Positions 10,079-18,892 of a stretch of 64,000 bases of DNA are shown here, in pieces. Position 1 is the first letter of the stretch; each line of letters starts with the position of its first letter. Source of the stretch: Promethearchaeota archaeon. GTDB taxonomy: Archaea > Asgardarchaeota > Lokiarchaeia > Sigyniarchaeales > SOKP01. The stretch is from NCBI GenBank assembly GCA_016839555.1, contig JAEOUA010000006.1, positions 539,912 through 603,911 on the forward strand, read 5' to 3'. The notes beneath the pieces were generated by a model. That model was given only the letters and a program-made list of their open reading frames with translations, was not told where the DNA came from and ran no database searches. The position numbers were made by a program, and so were the translations under genes.

Positions 10079-10954
10079 TTGAGTGAAAAGGGCTCTAAAA
10101 TTTTAATTATATTTCTATTAACTAATATTTTTCTAATATCAATGTTGTTTCCCACGACTGTAAAGGCCCAGGAGAAAGAAATTGCACCTGGTTTTGGATT
10201 CCCTCCGTTTATTAATGGCAAAGTGGATAGCTATATAGGTGAATGGAGTTGGGCAAGTTCTCAAACAGTCCCTATAAAAACAAATCCAAGTGATAAAGGT
10301 CTAAATATAACTGTGAAGGCCCTCCAATTTTTAGATAATCTATACATTTTATGTCAATATGAGTTAGAGCCCAATAGTATTGAAAAGAATGAATTTTTAG
10401 GACTTCTGATTTCTGAAACAGATTCAGATGATATTAATAATTTAACAGATGGAAAAATAATAAAGATTTCTAATTCTCAAGATTCTTTTAGTGATTATTA
10501 TATTGATGATTTTAATTTTACTGAGGAATCACCTCAAGAAGTAGATGGAATAGGTGCTGGAACTAATAAAACGAGCAAAGAGGGATATATTCTAATGACT
10601 TATGAATTTAAGATACCTTTAAATCCTAAAAATCAAAAGAATCAAAAATTAGAATATGGAAATAATTATTCTTTTACAATATGTCAAGGTAATAATTTCA
10701 CACTAATGGAAGGAGTTCCGGAAGGTATTATAAGAAATAATAGCATTATAGTAAAAATAGAAAAGCCATCAATAATTTTTTATATATTATTATATAATCT
10801 TTTTAATCCCCCAACTGAAATAAATTATAATGAAGTAGTAACTATCGTTTTAAAGATTATCATTTTTGGTATCGTTTATCTTGCTTTTTTTAGCTATGTT
10901 TTTAAAATTATATTTTCATTTAGAAAACAGATTCGGAGGATTAAAAAAATATAA
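10079..10954 (+). CDS. secreted, C-terminally membrane-anchored protein, DOMON/CBM9-like
   Basis: N-terminal signal peptide, P.INGK...EW, NLYI and YEFKIPL segments, C-terminal TM helix with basic tail. Confidence 0.6.
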   Translation: MSEKGSKILIIFLLTNIFLISMLFPTTVKAQEKEIAPGFGFPPFINGKVDSYIGEWSWASSQTVPIKTNPSDKGLNITVKALQFLDNLYILCQYELEPNSIEKNEFLGLLISETDSDDINNLTDGKIIKISNSQDSFSDYYIDDFNFTEESPQEVDGIGAGTNKTSKEGYILMTYEFKIPLNPKNQKNQKLEYGNNYSFTICQGNNFTLMEGVPEGIIRNNSIIVKIEKPSIIFYILLYNLFNPPTEINYNEVVTIVLKIIIFGIVYLAFFSYVFKIIFSFRKQIRRIKKI

Positions 10955-11358
10955 TGCCTAAACTTAAAAAAATAGAAAAAAAAGCAAAGAAAGATCGGCC
11001 TAGAGATGTTGAAGATTATGCTTTTAAATCTATAATTATTTCAGCACTCTTTTCACTATTATGTTTAATAATTTCTCTATTTTTTAATGGAGAGTTAATC
11101 TCCATAACTATTAATGATAATGTTATCTGGCAACTTATTGAAATATTGATTAGAGTATTCTCAATTTTATTCTTTTTTCTTTTTATGATAGTAATCATAG
11201 GAAATTATAAAGAATTAACTGGTAAGCCAATATCATGGAAAACCTTAACGTTTGTTTTCATTTTATCAATAATTCAATCATTTTTAGATTTAAAAGTTTT
11301 TATCATCACATTAATCGGATTAATTTTCTTAACAATTTATCTTTATTTAATCCAGTAA
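10954..11358 (+). CDS. hypothetical membrane protein (about 4 TM)
   Basis: hydrophobic segments; TAATG overlap with the upstream gene. Confidence 0.7.
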   Translation: MPKLKKIEKKAKKDRPRDVEDYAFKSIIISALFSLLCLIISLFFNGELISITINDNVIWQLIEILIRVFSILFFFLFMIVIIGNYKELTGKPISWKTLTFVFILSIIQSFLDLKVFIITLIGLIFLTIYLYLIQ

Positions 11359-11371
11359 AAAATTAAAGAGA

Positions 11372-12112
11372 GTGTTTAAGATAATCTATATAGGTCATAG
11401 AGGTACTAGAGAATTCTTTGATGAAAATACAATTCCTGCATTTAGAGCCGCTAAAAAAGCAGGGGCAGATATCATTGAACTAGATGTTCGTAAAACTAAA
11501 GATAATCAATTAATCGTCTTTCATGATAAAACAATAGATAGGATGACAAATTATTCAGGTATAATAAATGAGCTCTCCTATAACCAACTTAAAAAAATAA
11601 AAACTAAACTAAGAAATGAAAAAATCCCATTATTATCTGAGGTACTTAAAAAATTTAAAGACAAAATAGATTTTATGATTGAATTAAAAGCTCAAAATGT
11701 ACAAAGTGAAATAATTGATTTAATCGCCAGAATGAAATTACAAGATCGGAGTGTCATTAGTGGGAGGGAATTTGATGCGTTATTAGAAATTAAACGCAAT
11801 TTTCCTCAAATATCAGTTTGCTATAATATTACAAAAGGAGACTTTACATTAGACAATTTTTTGGAACAAGGTAAAATTAGGAATTTATCTTTTAATCCTG
11901 ACATGATTAGTTTAAGGTCAAAATTAGTAAATAAAGAATTTATAAGTATCTGTACCAGTAATAAGATTCTTCCACTTGCATGGGATTTTATGAAGTATTC
12001 AAATCCATTAAACAAGATTAAAGAATTAATAAGAATTGGTATTAAAGGGATTCTTTTTGATAATTATAAAAACATTCCAATTATTAAAAAATGGAACGCA
12101 ACCCAAACATAA
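11372..12112 (+). CDS. glycerophosphodiester phosphodiesterase
   Basis: GHRG, ENT..AF, ELDV..TKD...VFHD, IELK motifs. Confidence 0.92.
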   Translation: MFKIIYIGHRGTREFFDENTIPAFRAAKKAGADIIELDVRKTKDNQLIVFHDKTIDRMTNYSGIINELSYNQLKKIKTKLRNEKIPLLSEVLKKFKDKIDFMIELKAQNVQSEIIDLIARMKLQDRSVISGREFDALLEIKRNFPQISVCYNITKGDFTLDNFLEQGKIRNLSFNPDMISLRSKLVNKEFISICTSNKILPLAWDFMKYSNPLNKIKELIRIGIKGILFDNYKNIPIIKKWNATQT

Positions 12113-14161
12113 TTAATTATTTGTAGATTTTATTTTCGATAAGCCGTTCGGAAGCATTAAAATCAGATCATCTAACGATAATAGTGAAATCCATTTATTA
12201 ATATTATTATCTGTTTGATTTAGGAAAGCTGAAATAATTTCTTTTGCCATTTTTCCTTTTGAAAAACCATTAGGGTGGGGAATAATTTTAATATATATTT
12301 TAGCTTGCTCCATAATTGGTTTTTCTGGACCAGCTAGGAGTTTAGGATAAAGAATATAATCCAATTCTTTACTCTCGCTTTTTCTTTTGATGAGTTTTAG
12401 ACCAATAACCAATTCTGTCTTCGCATTTCTAATAAAATTTTTCTTGCCCTCAATCATAAATGATCCTTTTGGGAGATATTCTCCAGAAGGTGGTGATTTA
12501 GAAACTTGTTCCGGACTAACATAAAACACATCAACTATTCCCCAATTATCTTTCCATGCTTGAGAATAACTGGCGACAAAATCTGCAGTTTCGTTTAGAG
12601 TTTGTTGGGAGACATGCCTTTTTTCTGGATTTTTAATAACCACAAGAGGAGAACCTGGAAAGGTTGTATGAAAGACTATATCTTGAGGTTCTAAATATTT
12701 GCTAAATATTACTTCGTTTGATGAAGCATCTCTTCCACCAATAATTAAAAAATCATCAGAAGATTTAAACCATCTATACTTCTCGTACCATTTTTTTTCT
12801 GGTTTCTTTATGAGAAAATCTATTTCCTCTTCTGAGCTTTCCTTTTCTTTCTCCAAATTAGCTATTTTCTTTTTTGTTTTTTCTATTGCTTCTTTTGTCC
12901 CTTTAAGTTTATTTCTTGCCTTTTTGCCTCTAGAATAGATCATAGTAGCATTTTCTCCGATACTTTTATTGAAATCAAGAAATATTTCCTCTCCATTTAT
13001 ATTTAAAACAATTTCTTGAGTTGTTGGTATCACTCTTTTAAAAGATTTAGCACTTCGCATATTTTGTTGCTTTGCTTTTTGAAGTTTCTCGTTTATTTCA
13101 TCCCAAGAATAACCTTTTGATTTAGCATCTTTAATTACATTTAACAATTTTTCTAAAGGTTTAAAATTCGCATATATAAAATCTCCATATTCATAGTATT
13201 TTTCAAAATTTTCTTTTAAAGTATCTAAATATTCTTTTTGATTTTTTAATATTTTTTTTTGTGCTTCTATTTTTCGATCGAAATCGGAATCTGTACTTTC
13301 AATTAATTGTTCTGAATCTATTTTCGAATAATAATTATCAACGGCCTCATTAAATGATGAGAAATATTTTTTTTTTTGGTCACTATAGATCTTCAATTCA
13401 AAAGGAAGAACGGAGAGCTCATTTCCATCATTATCATAAACAACATGAGCGTTTATTTCGGAAAACATTAATTCGTTTCTAAGATTTTTAAACGCTTTAT
13501 ATAAATTGTTTAATTCTTTTTTTTCTAATTCATTTCCCATTGAGGTTTTACTAATATTAGATCTTTCACAGATTTCTTCACTATAAACTCCTGAGATATT
13601 TATTTTTCGAGCAAGAGTTCTAACAACCTCTGTATCTATATCAATTAAATCTTCGAATTCATCATGATTAATTTCTAAAAAATTTTTACCATAAGATTTA
13701 GGAAATTCATATTTTTTATTAGCTAATATATTTCTTTCTTTTAATTTTATATATTTTTTAGCTATTTTTACTATTTGATTTTCATCAACAAGAATATAAT
13801 TTCCTTTACTGAAGAGTTCGATTATAAAACTCCATGGCTTACCTTCTTGATTACTTAATTCGATAATTATTATTCTATCGAAATTATATTGATAAATTCT
13901 GATAATCTTTCGATTTTTTAAAAATTTTCTTAAAGACATGACATATTGGCTAGGGTATTTTGGAATTGGGTAATCATATTGCGTCAAATTGACTCTTAAA
14001 TTTCGTTTAATGATAAGATTTTTGTTTCCATCAAAAGTATTTATTTTAAGAATTAATAGATCTTTCACTTCATAAATATTTGTTATGTTCCCTTGGGATA
14101 AAATTTCATCTAATTCTCGTACTATGGCATATACATCAATATTTGAGAAGGTTTTCTTCAT
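12113..14161 (-). CDS. rqcH: ribosome rescue factor RqcH/Rqc2 (NFACT family)
   Basis: NFACT-N (FDRII..IIELF..GNYILVD), coiled coil, KWYEKYRWF.SS...GGRDA..NE, GSF.I.GKKN. Confidence 0.92.
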   Translation of the reverse strand: MKKTFSNIDVYAIVRELDEILSQGNITNIYEVKDLLILKINTFDGNKNLIIKRNLRVNLTQYDYPIPKYPSQYVMSLRKFLKNRKIIRIYQYNFDRIIIIELSNQEGKPWSFIIELFSKGNYILVDENQIVKIAKKYIKLKERNILANKKYEFPKSYGKNFLEINHDEFEDLIDIDTEVVRTLARKINISGVYSEEICERSNISKTSMGNELEKKELNNLYKAFKNLRNELMFSEINAHVVYDNDGNELSVLPFELKIYSDQKKKYFSSFNEAVDNYYSKIDSEQLIESTDSDFDRKIEAQKKILKNQKEYLDTLKENFEKYYEYGDFIYANFKPLEKLLNVIKDAKSKGYSWDEINEKLQKAKQQNMRSAKSFKRVIPTTQEIVLNINGEEIFLDFNKSIGENATMIYSRGKKARNKLKGTKEAIEKTKKKIANLEKEKESSEEEIDFLIKKPEKKWYEKYRWFKSSDDFLIIGGRDASSNEVIFSKYLEPQDIVFHTTFPGSPLVVIKNPEKRHVSQQTLNETADFVASYSQAWKDNWGIVDVFYVSPEQVSKSPPSGEYLPKGSFMIEGKKNFIRNAKTELVIGLKLIKRKSESKELDYILYPKLLAGPEKPIMEQAKIYIKIIPHPNGFSKGKMAKEIISAFLNQTDNNINKWISLLSLDDLILMLPNGLSKIKSTNN

Positions 14162-14222
14162 TCTTATTCAAATTACTTTGAGATACTTTAAGATTTAATA
14201 ATTATTATTAATAATAATAATT

Positions 14223-14672
14223 ATGGTTAAAAAAGATAAATTAGAAAAGTTAGATATTCGGAAAAAAAGAAAAAAATTAATTAAATTAAGAAAACAAAAA
14301 TTAGAGGAATATAAAATAAAGGAAGAAAAGGGAAAAAAGAAAGAAATAGATATACGATTAGAAAAAGAAACAAAATTATATTGGACGAGAGTTATAATTG
14401 GGTTCGTAAGTGCATTTATAGGACGTCTGATGGGCTTTGTTGGATGGTTATTGCTAATATGGATGATATTATTTATGCTACTTTTTCCTTTTTTAGCTAA
14501 CTTCATAATTTTTCGCTTTCCATATGATAAAGAAGAATGGAATTGGAAAAATATTTTATCTCCTGGATTAGGGATCTTTTTCTTTCTGTTTATGATTACC
14601 GCAACAGTACTACACACAATGCTTATTTATTTTGGATATCCCATTAAGATTACTATATTTGGGATAATTTAG
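14223..14672 (+). CDS. 3-TM membrane protein resembling the EMC6/RAB5IF (Rab5ip) family
   Basis: LYWTRVIIG..G first helix, final GLGIFFFLFMIT..LHT helix; basic N-terminus. Confidence 0.6.
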   Translation: MVKKDKLEKLDIRKKRKKLIKLRKQKLEEYKIKEEKGKKKEIDIRLEKETKLYWTRVIIGFVSAFIGRLMGFVGWLLLIWMILFMLLFPFLANFIIFRFPYDKEEWNWKNILSPGLGIFFFLFMITATVLHTMLIYFGYPIKITIFGII

Positions 14673-14711
14673 TTTCTTATTTATTAAAATAATCCAAATA
14701 TATTAAAAAAC

Positions 14712-15221
14712 TTATAATTGAATTATTTGTTTGACTTTTTTACCACTTTTCTTTCTTCTCGGTTTAAACTTAATCTCATCTAACCGATAAATACGATCGC
14801 AAAAAACACACTGGATTTTAAGAGGATTCTTCTCTAGCACCAAGAATTCGGTGTCAATGGGCTCCTTTTTTGAATTACTTATACAGGTCTTAGTTTCACA
14901 AACAATTAATTTTTTAATTATTTTAGGCATTTCGACTTTCTTTTTTTCTATTACTTCAAAATTTTCGATTAATGAGATTGTGGCATTTGATGATAATATT
15001 GAAATTTGTTGCATTTGAACTTCATCTAAAAATACATTCTCTATTTTTATTATATCTTTTTTTCCATATTTTTTAGAAGATACATTAACTCCGATAGTTA
15101 TTAAACTGTTGGTTTCATCTAATCCAGTAAGGTTTAAAATCGTTAATGCATATCCCGCGTCAATATGGTCTATTACGGTACCCCTTTGGATTTTATCAAT
15201 CTTTAATTTTTGTTCTAACAT
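14712..15221 (-). CDS. pyrI: aspartate carbamoyltransferase regulatory subunit
   Basis: GTVIDHI, NVSSKKYGKKDIIKIE, C....CIS and CxxC Zn ligands. Confidence 0.95.
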   Translation of the reverse strand: MLEQKLKIDKIQRGTVIDHIDAGYALTILNLTGLDETNSLITIGVNVSSKKYGKKDIIKIENVFLDEVQMQQISILSSNATISLIENFEVIEKKKVEMPKIIKKLIVCETKTCISNSKKEPIDTEFLVLEKNPLKIQCVFCDRIYRLDEIKFKPRRKKSGKKVKQIIQL

Positions 15222-15343
15222 TATTATTAAATAATAAGCTTTTAATATGATTTAAAGCTATTTTTTAAATTTAATTAACACTTTTTCTTTAAATAATTTT
15301 ATATAAAATCTATTTAAGGCCTTTTAGAATTATATAATAAGCA

Positions 15344-16441
15344 TTATATAAAAAGAAATGATAAAAAAAATAAAATTGTTGATAAAATAAAAGGATAAGT
15401 TAAATTATCATCAATTTCTAAATCAAAATAGTCTAAAATACCAATAATAAGAGCCCCGCTTAGAGGGAGAATGATAAATGCTACCATATTAAAAAAATAA
15501 TATGCTTTTAAAATTAATAAAATCAATACACCAGAAAAAAATGAAATGAATATTCCAGCAAAAAGTCCTATATATGTTTTATTACTCTTTTTTTTACCTA
15601 AAGGTTGGATTTTTTTTTTCCCCAATGTTCTTCCAATTAAATTGGAAGCGATATCTCCAAAGATTGACATAACCATTGAAGTGGATATAACTATTGGTCC
15701 AAGAGGGTGATATAATCCATATAGGATAATAATTGAAAAGCATCCAATTGCCATTGAAATTTGGGGGCCTAATCTCATATATAATTCTTTCTTTCTTAAT
15801 ATTTGATTAACAGGTTTTAATGGATATAATTTAGGTTTTAAGATTCTAATGAGATCTGCAGTTAATAATCCAAATAAAGAAATTGCAACGAGAAAGATAA
15901 CAAGGTATTGATTAAAAATCATATTCTGATGTTCATTTAAAAAAAGAGAATAAAACAAGTCTGAAAAACCCGAAGGTAAAAATTGTATCAAATCTATAAT
16001 AAGATCTTTAATCCAAGATCCGAGTGTAAAATAAAAAAGAATAATGCCTATAACAACCAAGTGAGAGATTTTTCTATAAATTTCATATTTTAGAGGTAAT
16101 ACATTAGATGCAGTTTGGAAAGCAGGTTCCATCTGGTCATTAGTCTTACTCAACAATTTCTTTTCTCGCAAAACTAAAAGAGAGAAAATGATAAGAAAAA
16201 AAGGGAAGAAAAAAATCATAGAAACATCAAAAGGAAACACAATAAATTGAGCTCTCGATAAATTAAAAATATTTACTAGTATTAAATTAACGGTAATTGA
16301 AATAAAGAGTATTAAGAAATTCACAAAATTATTTATAAAACTTCCTTTCATTCCCTTCTTTTTTGCCAAGATGGTAACATATAATATTAAGAAGCAATAG
16401 AAATAAAATACGCAAATAATGATAATTAGAGGGAAATTCAA
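15344..16441 (-). CDS. polyprenol/dolichol/phytol kinase family membrane protein (cytidylyltransferase fold)
   Basis: E..RK..H, GD.A...G...GK.K, NKT..G, DDNL..P motifs; multiple TM helices. Confidence 0.8.
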   Translation of the reverse strand: MNFPLIIIICVFYFYCFLILYVTILAKKKGMKGSFINNFVNFLILFISITVNLILVNIFNLSRAQFIVFPFDVSMIFFFPFFLIIFSLLVLREKKLLSKTNDQMEPAFQTASNVLPLKYEIYRKISHLVVIGIILFYFTLGSWIKDLIIDLIQFLPSGFSDLFYSLFLNEHQNMIFNQYLVIFLVAISLFGLLTADLIRILKPKLYPLKPVNQILRKKELYMRLGPQISMAIGCFSIIILYGLYHPLGPIVISTSMVMSIFGDIASNLIGRTLGKKKIQPLGKKKSNKTYIGLFAGIFISFFSGVLILLILKAYYFFNMVAFIILPLSGALIIGILDYFDLEIDDNLTYPFILSTILFFLSFLFI

Positions 16442-16532
16442 TAAAGTTAAACACTCAAACTTTTAATATAAAGAATTTTCTTTAAAATTTTAAAGTTATT
16501 ATTCAAAAAGAAAAAAAAAAATGATAAAAAAT

Positions 16533-17936
16533 CTAAAATTGTGTTTCATCTATAACGGGCATGTCTGAGTCGTTAATTGATTCTTGTATTTTTTCATCAG
16601 ATAATTCATAGTTTTTCAAGTCTCCTGTCATATATTCCTTATAGGCTAATAGGTCAAAAAATCCGTGTCCACTGAAGTTAAATAAAATAATTTTTTCTTC
16701 GTTATTTTCCTTCGCCTTTAGAGCTTGATCGATTGCCTCTTTAATTGCATGATCTGTTTCAGGAGCAGGTAAGATACCCTCAGCTCTCGCAAATAAAAGC
16801 CCTGCTTTAATAACATCTAACTGATGATGCATTGATGCTTCCATAATATTATTATTATAGAGATTAGAAATAATAGGTGCTATTCCATGATATCTTAACC
16901 CTCCGGCATGAATAGGACTCGGAATAAAATTATGGCCCAGTGTATGCATTTTTATTATGGGGGCTTTTTTGGCAGTATCTCCATAATCCCAAGTATATTT
17001 TCCTTTACATACGCTTGGACATGCTGTTGGTTCAACTCCTATTATTTGTATATCAGGAGAAACTTCTCTTATTTTATCCCGAGCAAAAGGAAGCATTAAT
17101 CCAGAAAAATTCGAACCTCCACCCATGCATCCAATTACGATATCTGGTGCCTCTATACCTGCTTTTTTAAGCTGAACTTGAGCTTCTTGGCCTACGATGG
17201 TTTGATGAAGACAAACAAAGTTAACAACACTTCCTAATGAATATCTAATTTTATCACTTCTTAAGCTATGCTCCACTGCTTCCGATATTGCGAGACCTAA
17301 ACTTCCTGGATGATTCGGGTCTTTTTCATAATATACCTTTCCCGATTCCGTGAATTTTGAGGGGGATGCGTGCACATCAGCCTTAAAAGATCTCATAAGA
17401 ATTTTTCTTCCTGGTTTTTGCTGAAAGCTTATCCTAACCATATAAACTGTACATTTTATGTCAAAGAGAGAACAGCCATATGAGAGACCAGATCCCCATT
17501 GGCCAGCTCCAGTTTCAGTTACCAATTCTTCAATTCCATCCATTTTAGCAAAATATGCTTGGGCAATTGCAGTATTAGGTTTATGTGAGCCTGTTGGAGA
17601 AACAGATTCATTCTTATAAAAGATTTTAATCTTATCTCCCTGCAATCCTAATTCTTTTTCCAAGTTTAATGCTCGATGGAGAGGAGTAGGTCTATAAATT
17701 TTTGCATATATTTCCCTTAACTGTTTTGGAATAGGAATAGTTGGTTCTTGTGAAACTTCCTGAATAACACATTCTTTGGGAAAAATAGCTGCCGCCATTT
17801 CAAATGGTGCTGGTTTTCCCGTCATAGGATTAATTAAGGGCGTCATTGGAGTGGGTAAATCTGGTAAAATATTTACCCATTCTTTCGGCACTTCATTAGG
17901 ATCTAATAAGATCCTTGCTTTAGAAAGATCCGTCAT
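16533..17936 (-). CDS. trpB2: tryptophan synthase beta chain 2 (TrpB2, stand-alone)
   Basis: RPTPL.RA, GSHKPNTA, TETGAGQWG, GGGSNF, IHAGGLRYHG, APE..HA, NFSGHG; no adjacent trpA. Confidence 0.93.
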   Translation of the reverse strand: MTDLSKARILLDPNEVPKEWVNILPDLPTPMTPLINPMTGKPAPFEMAAAIFPKECVIQEVSQEPTIPIPKQLREIYAKIYRPTPLHRALNLEKELGLQGDKIKIFYKNESVSPTGSHKPNTAIAQAYFAKMDGIEELVTETGAGQWGSGLSYGCSLFDIKCTVYMVRISFQQKPGRKILMRSFKADVHASPSKFTESGKVYYEKDPNHPGSLGLAISEAVEHSLRSDKIRYSLGSVVNFVCLHQTIVGQEAQVQLKKAGIEAPDIVIGCMGGGSNFSGLMLPFARDKIREVSPDIQIIGVEPTACPSVCKGKYTWDYGDTAKKAPIIKMHTLGHNFIPSPIHAGGLRYHGIAPIISNLYNNNIMEASMHHQLDVIKAGLLFARAEGILPAPETDHAIKEAIDQALKAKENNEEKIILFNFSGHGFFDLLAYKEYMTGDLKNYELSDEKIQESINDSDMPVIDETQF

Positions 17937-18020
17937 ATTATTTAACTCTTTTTTTTTATATATGTATCATTATATAATTGGAATTCAATTCTATTAATGC
18001 ATTTAAAAAGTTATTTGGAT

Positions 18021-18029
18021 AAAAAAAAA
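18021..18029 (-). terminator. U9 tract between the Trp leader ORF and trpB2, candidate conditional terminator
   Basis: A9 on the + strand, 41 nt after the leader stop codon; oligo-U tracts are typical archaeal terminators. Confidence 0.4.
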
Positions 18030-18069
18030 GTGTTTAACCCAAAAATATTAATAAGAATAGTCCAATGCA

Positions 18070-18132
18070 TTAGCGATTTTGCCAACGCCACGGCCACTGA
18101 GCATTCCAAAAAGATATTTTATTAATTGCCAT
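18070..18132 (-). CDS. putative Trp leader peptide MAINKISFWNAQWPWRWQNR (TrpL-like uORF)
   Basis: ATG at 18132, TAA ending at 18070, 4 TGG codons in 20; 133 nt upstream of trpB2 on the same strand; TATA-like TTTTTATA at about 18176-18183. Confidence 0.7.
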   Translation of the reverse strand: MAINKISFWNAQWPWRWQNR

Positions 18133-18329
18133 AATCTTATTTTTAAGGACTATTTAGTACCATTATTTTTCAAAATATAAAAAGTTAATTATTTCTTAGA
18201 AAATTGTAAAAGGAGAGATTCAATATAAATCAAAATGAACCTTGGGATTCATTATGGATAAAACACTAAAAAATCTTATAACTAACTTGAATTATAAAGA
18301 CTCTTAAGAATTTGGCCAAAAAAAAAAGA

Positions 18330-18728
18330 TTACTCAAAAATTTTCATGATTTTTTTAGCAGCTACTCTCATAACTTTTACGGTTTTCATCAAGGTCTCAA
18401 TTTCAGTTCCAGCACAAACAATAACTAATCTCTCTGCATTAGTTATTACAATATAACCATCACGCCCCCTTACTATTACCTCATTAAGATGTTCTTGAAA
18501 AAGTTGTTCAATTGTAGATCTTCCAGTCATGAGAAGAGCTGAGGCTAGTCCACAGAATTGATCTCCATCAACATGATATTGGGGAAGAGCAGAAAAGGCG
18601 ATTTGATATCCCTCTCTAGAAACAAGAGCTAATGCCTCAATATCTGCATTTGAAGTTATAAAAGTTATTTGAGGGCTTATTTTTTCAATATCCTCATCAG
18701 TTAAATTTAGATCAGTCCCAAATTCCAT
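18330..18728 (-). CDS. roadblock/LC7 domain protein
   Basis: ALALVSREGYQIA..., GLASALL, EVIVRGRDGYIVI pattern; GGAGGGTGG SD before the ATG at 18728. Confidence 0.85.
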   Translation of the reverse strand: MEFGTDLNLTDEDIEKISPQITFITSNADIEALALVSREGYQIAFSALPQYHVDGDQFCGLASALLMTGRSTIEQLFQEHLNEVIVRGRDGYIVITNAERLVIVCAGTEIETLMKTVKVMRVAAKKIMKIFE

Positions 18729-18892
18729 GATTTGGACCACCCTCCATTTTATAAATTATATTTATTAATTTCATTTTAATAATATTTTCTAATTATAATC
18801 TTATAAAAAATAATCTTATAAAAAAGTTAAATATTTTATTTTCTATATTGTTATTAATTATTTAATGCCCAAAAAAGAAATTATATAAAAAA

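Noticed and set aside
14712-15221. pyrI without an adjacent pyrB
   Set aside because: Split pyrB/pyrI arrangements are common in archaea; pyrB may lie outside the window.
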